Source: Haliotis rubra (taxonomy: Eukaryota). Taken from it: a stretch of 64,000 nucleotides of DNA. Shown here piece after piece: positions 12,997 through 24,300 of this stretch. Made by a program: the position numbers and the translations under genes. A model generated the notes under the pieces. It did no database searches, had not been told where the DNA came from, and saw nothing but the letters and a program-made list of their open reading frames with translations. Position 1 is the first letter of the stretch; each line of letters begins with the position of its first letter. The stretch spans positions 4,898,001 to 4,962,000 of the forward strand of contig NW_025767079.1 of assembly GCF_003918875.1 (NCBI RefSeq), written 5' to 3'.

Positions 12997-15927
12997 GCCC
13001 AGTTCCTCCCCATCTTCCAGGGGGACTACGAGAACACAATCGGCGGGTACAGATTTCAGTTTCACGACGAAACCGTAAGTATTGGTAAACTATCAACATG
13101 CATTTAATCAAGTTTGTTTGTTTATTGTTGAACGCCGCACATTTAATAACTGCAGTTGTGATTGTTGTTGTTTACCGCCGCACTCAGCAATATTCCAGCT
13201 ATATTGCGGCGGGCTGTAAATTATCGAGTCTGAACCAGACAATCCAGTGATCAACAGCATGAGCATAGCTCTACGCAACTGGGAAATGATAACATGTGTC
13301 ACCCAAATCGGCAAACCTGACCACGCCTCTTGTGACAAGCATGGGGTTTTACGCAGTGTGCGAAATAGTTTCCAAATTTTGCAAGCCACTCGGGCTAGCT
13401 ATGCCTGAAAGTTATTAGCCCACAACATAACTCTCTAGCCCGAAATTTGAATGTAGACACGGGTTTCAGCACGGTCATCATCTTGCATGATTTAAAAGTG
13501 TATTATAACTTAACAAGTAGGTGGTTGTGATATATTTACAAAATGACCCCATTCAGTACATTCAGTAGCCAGTCGGGCCAGTGACTGGAGAATTACTTGC
13601 CCAACTGGATTTTTACTAGCCACGAGCTAGCGTGCCAGTGGTTATTTCGCACACTGGTTTTACGTTTTACCAGAATCTTCACGGGTGCATTAAATCAAGT
13701 AGTTCACATGCAAGTGAATATGTGAAAGTGTTTACTGCAACCTAGTCGTGTTTGGGAGTTCTTCTACTTTCCCTCTGGTGAAACTTTTGACATAATATTA
13801 CTGCAAGCCAAATTTTATTTCAAATGTTCAGAATGTAATACAAATCACCTTATAAAATTGAAAACCTTATTTGAAAATACATTTAAGAACGAATTACGAG
13901 ATAATTATGAAATCAAAAGGAGAAATATCTACTAGTAATCATTAAAATTGAAGTAAACGGTACTTAACCCTCTTTCAAATATACATTTAAAGATGTGAGA
14001 AATATCTCAACCTGTCCTATCAAAAGGCAATAGTTTGTTTCAGAATGCCCTAATATTATGACGACCGTCTGAAAATAATCGAGCCTTGACCAGACAATCG
14101 AGTGGACAATCAGAAACATGGGTCTACACAATTGGGATAGGATGACATGAATGAACCAAGTCAGCGAACCTGACAACCTAGTCCCGTTAGTCGCCTCTTA
14201 TATCAAGCGTGGATTTTCTACACAGGTCGAAAGAGACAACAGGATACTGGAAGCAGCAGCAAACTACTTTCCTGTATGCTGTATATTCACCTAGGTTTGT
14301 TTATTGATTATGTTTACCTGTGTGTTGTAGCACCTGCTGATGATCATGCACAGCCTGGACTGTTACATCACTGATGTCCCAGCCGGGTCGGACCTTGAGA
14401 AGAAGCTAATTGATCCCACCTCCCGTAAAGCCTTCTATGTAAGTTTGATTGATTGTTGTTTAACGCCGCACTCAGCAATATTTCAGCTATATGGCGGTTG
14501 ACTGTAAATAATACAGTCTGGACCATACAATCCAGTGACCAACAGCATCAGCATCGATCTACGTTAGTCACCTCTTATGACAAGCATTGGTTACTGAAGA
14601 CCAATTCCAACCCGGATCTTCACGGCTCTTCTATGTAAGTGTTCAGTTCACTGTGACGGTATAACAGAAAGCGCTTTCCCTGACAGCGATGGGACTCGAA
14701 ACCAGACCCTTTAAAGGCATGCGCGTCCAGGCATCACCGTCGGGCCATGCGAACACTAAATTCCACCCCGAATTCCTTGCGAAATAACCATGCTGTTTCT
14801 ACGCCCCTGAATGTCGCATCCTCCCTTGTATGACGATGTGAAAGTTTCCAAACAGAAGTTTGGCCGTAGCCATGTTACAAACTTACGCTATCCCGTTTCC
14901 TCGTACAGAGATCACATCATACCTGCATTGAGGTTTAAATTATCCATATACACCCTCCCAGACTATATGTCTCTTGTAACAGTGAATGAGTGAGTTTGGT
15001 TTTACGCCGCTTTTAGCAATAATCCAGCAATATCACGGCGGGGTCACCAGAAATGGGCTTCACACATTGTACCCATGTGGGAATCGAACCCGGGTCTTCG
15101 GAGTGACGAGCGAACGCTTTAACCACTAGGCTACCCCGTCGCTTGTAACAGGCTTAAAAGACAAACAAATATCCCTTTATAACCCGCTGTTCACGGACTA
15201 AGCTTATCCCTAACACCTTGCTGTTTGCAAGCCAATGATATCACGCAATACACCTGTTATTACAAATCAGAATTATTCCATAATCCTCACTCCACAGGCT
15301 GTTCAAAGCGGTCTCTGTTAACCCTTCTTGAGAGGCGTAATTTGTCTTAACATATCCTTCTGTTGATAGGGTAACGTGATCCCACATCTACCCTCTCTAC
15401 TACCCCTCTTTCCCCAGGCTACATTCATCTGTAATACCCCTCTTTTCTCAGGCTACACTTATCTCTAACTCCCCTCTTTTCTCAGACTACACTTATCTCT
15501 AATACCCCTCTTGTTTCAGGCTACATTCATCTGTAATACCCCTCTTTTCTCAGGCTACACTTATCTCTAATACCCCTCTTTTCTCAGGCTACATTCATCT
15601 GTAATACCCCTCTTTTCTTAACTCTAATACCCCTCTTTTCTCAGGCTACAGTAATCTCTAATACCCCTCTTTTCTCAGGCTACACTTATCTCTAATACCC
15701 CTCTTTTCTCATGCTACAGTAATCTCTTATACCCCTCTTTCCTAAGGCTATATTTATCCCTAATATTCCTCTTTCCTCAGGCTAAAGTGATTCCAGTGAT
15801 CGAGGCTGGCAACGATATGACCCACACGACGCTGGACAAGGTGCACTCAAAGTATAACGATATGCTACTGCGGGCCCTCTGCTACAGGAGCGAGATGTTC
15901 AACCTCGACCTTGCAAACATCGTCTGA
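12997..15927 (+). CDS. Small, probably secreted protein, BRICHOS-like (core exons)
   Basis: Four phase-0 AG/GT exons (12997-13074, 14226-14273, 14331-14438, 15781-15927) give AQFLPIFQGDYENTIGGYRFQFHDETVERDNRILEAAANYFPHLLMIMHSLDCYITDVPAGSDLEKKLIDPTSRKAFYAKVIPVIEAGNDMTHTTLDKVHSKYNDMLLRALCYRSEMFNLDLANIV*. There are two Cys in BRICHOS-like contexts (CYI ... LC). ATTAAA lies at 15993. The gene model is good; the domain call is tentative. Confidence 0.7.
13354..13656. mobile_element. hAT-type MITE nested in a family B SINE
   Basis: CAGTGTGCGAAATA/TATTTCGCACACTG TIRs with perfect 8-bp TSD GTTTTACG (13346-13353, 13657-13664). The SINE resumes after it. Confidence 0.9.
14983..15141 (-). mobile_element. 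tRNA(Asp)-derived SINE (family A)
   Basis: Near full-length, flanked by the direct repeat CTTGTAACAG. Confidence 0.85.
15395..15784 (+). repeat. 34-bp minisatellite built from the 3' splice site of the last exon
   Basis: Unit TAATACCCCTCTTTTCTCAGGCTACACTTATCTC, ~11 copies. The last copy provides the CAG|GCT acceptor at 15780/15781. Confidence 0.9.
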
Positions 15928-16741
15928 ACCGTCCACTACATAATAGTCACCATGTCTCGCTTTGATACAAGTTTTGATAAAATTATTTAATTATTAAAAG
16001 TCTTCGTCCTTCTGTCATTAGATTTCAAATGCATGTAAATGGCAAAAAAACCTCGGCAACCTTCACTTCCATTATCATCCCATGTCAGTCAGTTTTATGC
16101 TCTTGCAGTGACTTTAAATGCTTGAAGCATAAATCCAGGAGACACCACAAAACTTCCTCACACATATTCAAAGCGTCCCTTCAACATCCTCAAGTTCCTT
16201 AAGTTTTCCGGTTGAACTGAACGACTTGTTGGTTTCGTATTTAACGTCGCGCTCAGCAATATTCCAGCCATATGATATCAGTCTGTAAATAATCGAGTAT
16301 GAACCAGACAATGCAGTGATCAACAGCATGAGCATTTATATACGGTACTCGGATACGATGACATGTGTCAGCTAGCCTGACCACCCGATCCTGTTAGTTG
16401 CCTCTTACCACAAAAATGGATTGCACAGGACCAATACTAATCACGATCTTCGCGAGTTGAATTGAACCGGTAGTTCACCCTGCATTGAAACCATAAGTGA
16501 CGAATTTGTGAGAACTGTCTCAGACCATACGACGTGCCAAGTTGAATCTGAACACCAGATCCATTTTGTCACTTCAGAAAACAGATTTACAGTATTGGGT
16601 TATTACTTACAACCTGGAATTCCCGAGGGAAGGGACAAGTCATTGCTTGATTACACCTGCAACAACCCATGCCAGAGATGCATTATCGGCGAGTGATATG
16701 GGTTTTAAGTTGCTAGATGATAAATCGTATTCAGCCGTGTC

Positions 16742-17823
16742 GGCTCAATATAAGAGGAAAGCCAACCAGGTTATATCATGGTGTGTTGGCCTAATGTGAG
16801 AGAAAAGCCCACCAAGTTATATCATGGGGTGTTGGCTCAATATGAGAGGAAAGCCAACCAGGTTATATCATGGTGTGTTGGCCTAATGTGAGAGAAAAGC
16901 CCAACAAGTTATATCGTGGTGTGTTGGCTCAATATGAGAGAAAGCCAACCAGGTTATATCATGGTGTGTTGGCTTAATGTGAGAGGAAAGCCCACCAAGT
17001 TATATCATGGTGCGTTGGCTCAATATGAGAGGAAAGCCCAACAAGTTATATCGTGGGGTGTTTGCTTAATGTGAGAGGAAAGCCCACCAAGTTATATCAT
17101 GGTGCGTTGGCTCAATATGAGAGGAAAGCCCAACAAGTTATATCATGGGGTGTTTGCTTAATGTGAGAGGAAAGCCCAACCAGGTTATATCATGGTGTGT
17201 TGGCGTAATAAGAGAGAAAAGCCCAACCAGGTTATATCATGGTGTGTTGGCGTAATAAGAGAGAAAAGCCCAACAAGTTATATCATGGGGTGTTGGCTCA
17301 ATATGAGAGGAAAGCCAACCAGGTTATATCATGGTGTGTTGGCCTAATGTGAGAGGAAAGCCCAACAAGTTATATCGTGGGGTGTTTGCTTAATATGAGA
17401 GGAAAGCCCACCAAGTTATATCATGGTGTGTTGGCTTAATGTGAGAGGAAAGCCCAACAAGTTATATCGTGGGGTGTTTGCTTAATATGAGAGGAAAGCC
17501 CACCAAGTTATATCATGGTGTGTTGGCTTAATGTGAGAGGAAAGCCATCAAGGTTATATCATGGCGTGTTGGTTTAATACAGAGGAAAGCCCACCAAGTT
17601 ATATCATGGCGTGTTCGCTTAATGTGAGAGGAAAGCCAACCAAGTTATATCATGGTGTGTTGGCTAAATGTGAGAGGAAAGCCCATCAAGTTATATCATG
17701 GTGTGTGGGCTTAATATGAGAAGAAGACCAACCAGGTTATATCACGGTATGTTGCCATAATATGAGGATAGCCCACCAGGTTATAGCATGATATGTTGGC
17801 TTAATAATGAGAGGAAAGCCACC
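16742..17823. repeat. ~46-bp minisatellite, ~23 copies
   Basis: Unit GGCTYAATRTGAGAGGAAAGCCCACCAAGTTATATCATGGTGTGTT. Confidence 0.95.
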
Positions 17824-18657
17824 ATTTTAGGATGTGTGATAACACTGCATCAGATGGGAATCAGATGGGATCAACAAAGATCTAATAATTTGTATAAGAT
17901 TCACAAAGCAAATACAAGTATATTTCAAGATTTTTATTTTATTTCTTTTGGAATATCTATATATGGTTTGGGTTCTAAGTTTTCCACACCCACAATAGCG
18001 AGTTATGCTTTTTAAGTTGCTTTGAACATTTGTCATTTTTTTTTAATTTTTGCATTGTACAACATAATATATTTTGTGGCAATACCCTTTTTAACGGTCC
18101 ATTAATAATTCCAACAACAGTCTTATATTTACAAATCAGAAGAAACTGTAAAATTAAATTGATAATAAAACAAACACATCTACACATAAAGTCATGTAAA
18201 GATCTACTCAAAGCTCTAAATGCCCTCCTTGTATTTATATATGTGTGTGTGGCTTGTGTAGCAATAAAACTAAACAGGACACAAAACACAAACTACCATT
18301 TACTGATCTGGACAATATATAAAGATTCTTCAATAGCTCATTAAATGGAGCATCTATGCACGTATTCAAAACTAGTAAAAACTTCATTGAATCATATCAC
18401 ACCTGTGGACAGTAATTTAGTAATGTAAAACCTGAACTTGCTTTGCTGAAACATACAACATTTTGCACATCTCAAAGTCCCACAGGACACAGAATTAATT
18501 TATAGAGGAACAATTGATTGATGTATTCTAACCCGGATCTTCGTGGGTCATGTAGGAACAAGCTCAAATCACAAGGCTTGTGGTTAAATGGTGCAGTCAA
18601 CAATATTTCATCTCTATGATTGTGACAATGGTCCGTAATTTACATCTACTTAGACAC

Positions 18658-18695
<38 letters not shown>
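18658..18695. repeat. (TAA)n microsatellite
   Basis: Direct reading. Confidence 0.95.
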
Positions 18696-18697
<2 letters not shown>

Positions 18698-19699
18698 CCG
18701 AACCCTCTCTGCTGCATATTATCTTTAATCTGTAAAACATAATAACAATAATAATCTCCTACCACAAGCCTGTTACCTTCTAAACCAGATTCAAACAAGT
18801 TCAATAATTTAGTTTTATCCTTAAAAAGATGTTGTTTTGTCAATTTACACTTGCTGTTGACAGGTTTACCGAACTTTAAACAAGGGAAATGAGGGAATCT
18901 TATCACAAACTCACAACCAATGTTTTATTAATTGATATTAGTGCTTATGGTATGGAAAGGAAAATTCTCTTACAGGTGATAAATTGAATTCTCAATAAAT
19001 GCTGGCGTTTGCAGTTGTCATACTCAACACACACACATGCAGATACTTAATTTGTACCACGCAAATGGTGGTCGACAGTATGAGCAGCTCTCATGCTGCC
19101 CAGGTCCAGGGACACCCAATCATCAATTAATAGTATTTCATTTATCACTAACAAAAAGTGTCAACTGGCCCTTGAAACCAAGCAAGAAGTAAACTTCATT
19201 CATTCTGTCAGAGGTAATTGGCACAATAAAATCCATTCATATAAAAATACACAAAAATGAATTCATTTTTCAAAGATCTTGATGTATTACTTTCATGACA
19301 TGATTAGACTAGTTTAGATGAGCACTGGTGAGATATTTCACTGGATGAAAAAGTGAATGAAAACATGAATGAAGCCACAGATATGAAGAATGTTGTATGT
19401 TTTCGGTTAACCCCTATTTAAGCTGTAAAACCAATGATTAAAATCATTAGTAGTTGCCCTCCTTGCGATAGATGACACGGAATCAAACAATTCTGCTCCG
19501 GAAAAGAAGAATTTGCACGGACGGATGGACGCACAGAGTCCAATTTAATATACCCTGCAAAAGGCATTGTGGGGGATAAATAAGTCAAATAGGGTAGATT
19601 ACATAACACAACTGCATGTACCAAGTACCAATTTCCGCCTGGCGCTTAATTGTCCACACATTATGAACACATACCTCTCAGTTATATTGTATGTAGTTA

Positions 19700-20318
19700 C
19701 TGTAAGGCATGAAATTAATGTGTCACAATTTAATGCGAGGGCAAGGGTGTAGTCTAAAATGCGTCACGAAATTAATGCGAGCTCAGGAATCTGTGTTGAT
19801 GATAAAATGTGACACATTGAATCTTTGATGTTGTTCCTTTTCTTTTCACACTTGTTATTTACCAAATAACTTGAAATGAGCTCGTTAAACAATGAATGGA
19901 AATGAGCTGATAATGTTTTGATTACGCTGCCATGTTTGATCACGTGATTGCTTACTACTACTTGTCTTACGACAACATGTATAAACGTAATCCGACTTGA
20001 AAGACATAAGTCATCTACCAAGGTACAACAAACACGTGGCTGGAGAAAGTCCGCCCTGGCTGATGTGCTTGAGTGACTTTAAACGATGACCAGTGATTGT
20101 AGCCAGTGATAATTACATGTGGCTTGAGATACCTGTAATGAGGAAGTGACCTGTATTGGTGTAATGTGTAGTGTCAACAGATTTACGTTTTCTGTCTTTT
20201 AATAAGTTCTCAAAAGTAGACAAGATCAGAATGAAATGCGTCATTATAATAATGCGAGAAGAGTACAGACGCATTTTTCACATTAATAAAATGCTCGCAT
20301 TAATTTCATGATTTACAG
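19700..20318. mobile_element. TA-flanked MITE (Tc1/mariner-like)
   Basis: TA|CTGTAAGGCATGAAATTAATG...CATTAATTTCATGATTTACAG|TA. Confidence 0.7.
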
Positions 20319-21379
20319 TATACACTACATCCATCACACACTAATCTGTGTTTTCATAATTTGCCATGCTTTTGTGGGATTATATAGGTACTTTAAGATT
20401 ACATTCATAAACTCCTTTTACATTTTACATAGCAATCCTCAAGTAATGACCACTGGCGGCAGACCGTCCTAGATTTCATCCCAGACACAATTATAGGATG
20501 AGGTGCAACTTGGTTCCAATGTCAACACGCACCCTGGTACAAGTTCAATCATGTTCCTTACATCGTGCCCTTGGTTGCAGAACTCATAAGTGTATGTATA
20601 GGCTAAATACAAAATAACCTCTCAAGCCTGAAACTATGTTTGCCATATGACAGTCTCTTCCATCATGCTTATAATAAAGGACAGGGATTCAGGGACCTTA
20701 TACAAGTATTACAGAGGCAAACTTCTGTTATCTTATAACCCCTAAATTTGAACTCTACTGAATATTATGACTATTCCTAGCTGTTGGCATCAGATACAAT
20801 GATCGAAAGAACACATTCAATAAACCTGTTCTAATTTCTAAAAAGCCAAAAAATTTGCTATTATGAACTCAGCAAAACGCAAAGGATCCCATTTAGTTTC
20901 TGCCACAGCTCAGTAACAGGACTTTTACCATGAAAACAGATTCTTGGATGACATTCACAAGGCCAGTCTTCTTTTCATGCTTATGAATTTTAACAAGAAA
21001 AAATAGTTTGGGTAAGTACACAAATCAAAAATGTATTTCATGGGATTTCTTATTATTTTGGTAGGTAAAAATATAAAAAAATCCTGGCCTGATTGGGTCT
21101 TAAAAATACCATTATTCTAAAGTCTAAAAGCAACATTTTATTGTCAATTTTCTTAATCAAAGAGATCCCAACCGTTATTTCATTTTCCTCTTTCATGAAA
21201 TATAACCTTTAAAGATCAGCAAAAAGCAGCAAACAGCACACTCAGAAAGCCCAATGATAAGGCATTACATGAACTCTGACAAAAGCAGCACAAAACTGGC
21301 ACCAACAAAACCAATCCTTGAAAATGTTGAAGCATTCAAACAGAACTTTGAACAAGAAGGTGTTGGAGAAACACCTTGA

Positions 21380-24300
21380 CTACACACTTGCAGATGATGA
21401 CTGAGATGACTCGATGCCACTGGCATCAGATTCAACGCCAGAATCACTCATCTCTCGGACAAGCTTCTTCACAGTGTCCCTGTCAGCATTTCCAAGGTTG
21501 TTATTTTCATCCTGGGATATTTTTGTCTCGATATTCTGAGATTTTAAGGTGTCTTCCTTTTCTTTGGTTGATTCTTTTGGTGAAGATTCCATCTTTGTTG
21601 TTTCTTGTTCTTTCTCTTGCAAAGATTTTTCTGTTTCTTGAGCAGTGTCCTCTTGAGCTGATTTTACTGCCTCTTCTTTGGATGCAGAAGATTCAGTGAC
21701 TTCATTCTCTTCTGTTGCTTCTGTTTCAGAAGATTCATTCTGTTCAGTGTCATCATCTATTTTATGGTTTGGCGAGTTTTTGCTCGAGTTATCTCCCTTA
21801 GCACTTTCTTCATCTTCACTGACCATTTTGGTTTTCTTTGGAGAGTCATCTTTCTGCAACACAATATGTCAACAAGCACTGAAATCACCTTTGTCTATAT
21901 TGTAATAGTTTTCAAATAAGACTTCTGAATTTTTTGGCTATAAACTTCAATGTGTCCTTTCGAAGATAGTGACTCGAATACCCAAATAGACTCTGTGAAA
22001 TAATTTTTTAGGATCCATCAAACAAGTTTAATCAAGCTGATGAAATTTACAGTTTCCAACATACAATTAGAACTGTTTACAACAGAACACAAATGTAGTA
22101 CAAGCAAAATAGGTTGTACTTGTCTTTAGTCCATTACTACATCAATCAAACATTTGAACACCAGTGACTAACTTGTTGGATGTGTAAATACTAAAGTTCT
22201 GGTAATTTGGAAAGTTTAACTATAAATTGTATACATATATACAGTGGAAGCTGTCAAAACCGGCAGTTGTCCAATCCGGGCAAGTTGTCAACACCGGCAT
22301 AAAATCTCAGTCCTGTCTGTGGCTTGTTCATTTATCATAATTTAAATGTTCTGCAATTCGGCAGCTGTCAATTCCAGATCTTGGCATGAAACGAGCCACC
22401 TGAATATGGTCTTATACTGTAATCAGCGCCGTCTAATCCGGCGCGTGGCAAGGAGTCGGCTGGATGTGTATTGTCACCAATTAATCTTGCATTGAAACTA
22501 CATGGTTGCCGACAAAGACATTTTAATCTTAGTTCAGCATGGGTATACTTGTACATGTAACTGGTGAGTTGACATGCTTTATTGTGATGCAACAACGTAA
22601 ATGAGAGTAACAAAACTTGTTCACTATTAGTCGGAGATAACCGTGTCATCTGTACAATCCAGCACACTGTCTAAACCGGATTATTTCTTTAGTGCCTGTT
22701 TAGACAGCTTTCAGTGTACTTATCCTATCTCCTGGGTGGTTGTTGTGTTGTTTAGCGCCGAACTCAGCAATATTCCAGCTATATGACGGCGGTCTGTAAA
22801 TAATTGAATCTGGACCAGACAATCCAGTGATCAACAGCATGAGCATCGATATACACAATTGGGATATGATGACGTGTCAACCAAGTCAGTGAGCCAGACC
22901 ACCCAATCCCGTTAGTCACCTCTTGAAACAAGCATGGGTTACTGAAGACCAATTCTAACCCGGATCTTCTCAGGTTTGTGGTATCTAAAACTGTGACAGT
23001 CGTACCTGAATCAATTCCCATGGTGGAGGAGCCTGATCCTTGCAGCGACGAAGGGCAAATTTCCACACTCCGAACCCAGACAGGCCTGTCGTGTTCCAGA
23101 ACTTCTCCACAGTGTAGATTCCTGGAGGAGAGTGAATGACATCAATGACAGGGGGATGGGTGAGACAACAGAACATTGGGTGAGTGGGTGGCCGAGGCGG
23201 ATGGTGGATGGGTGCAAGTGGAAAAGGTCAGTGGTGGGTGCTGATTTTTTTATTATTTTATTTTGGGGGGAGTGGGTAAACCTTATTTTATGGTGAAGCG
23301 TCAAAATTGCTCTGGAAAAGAGCAAATACGTAGGTTGCGGTGGCCAATCAAACTTAGGGTCAAGAAAACAGTGTGAACGGTACATTCATTTCAACGCAGT
23401 AACAGCCCGAAGATGACAGATAGAAGCAGTATCCAAATACACTGACTCAGTCATAACCCAGACACTACCCACCATCATATCTGTAGCCTTCTTCAGGAGC
23501 AAACGGACTGTCCAGTTTATAGCCTCTTATAACCCTGACTGGATTTCCGTTCTCACAATTCCTGGACAACGCCAGGTTACCATTGGTCAGGGTCTGGTCT
23601 TTTGACTGGGGAGCTGTTCGCAGGTTCTGTGGATAAATAACGGAGTTAAATCTCATGACCTAAGTTGGAATCAAAGAAAATGTGACAAAATATCAGACTG
23701 CAATATCGTTGTGACGGAACAAATCAACAGACATGATAGTAAGATGTAAATCTGCAGATCTGCAGCTATGGTGGTAATATTCAGATAGCAAGCATTATTG
23801 GAATTTTTTTTTATTGGAGTCACAATTACCCTCCATAGTAATGAAAATAAAGACTACCTCATAAGGTGCCATCAACAACTTGGATAAAAGCTGCAAGTTG
23901 AAAACCCTGTTTACTACAAAATACCAACCTTTGGATTTGACGCTGTTCCTTTTAGATCTCGGCCACCTGGAATAATTTAATTTATAAATTGTACAAGGTA
24001 GTGACCTCGGTTTTAATTTTATTTAAAGTGTTCCCTTAATGAAACATTTATTCCCATTACTTAAGATTATCACAGGAACTCATCTTAATAATTAATTCCC
24101 ATGACATAGGATTATCACAGGAAAACAGCTTAATAATTACTTCCCATTTCTTAGGATTATCACTGGAAACCTGCTCAATATTTACTTCCCATTACTTACG
24201 ATTATCACTGGAAACCTGCTCAATAATTACTTCCCATTACTTACGATTATCACATGAACCCAGCTTAAAAATTACTTCCCATTACTTGGGATTATCACAG

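Noticed and set aside
16742-17823. Regular arrays (46, 61 and 69 bp) as CRISPR
   Set aside because: Head-to-tail repeats with no unique spacers, no cas genes, and a eukaryotic intron-containing context.
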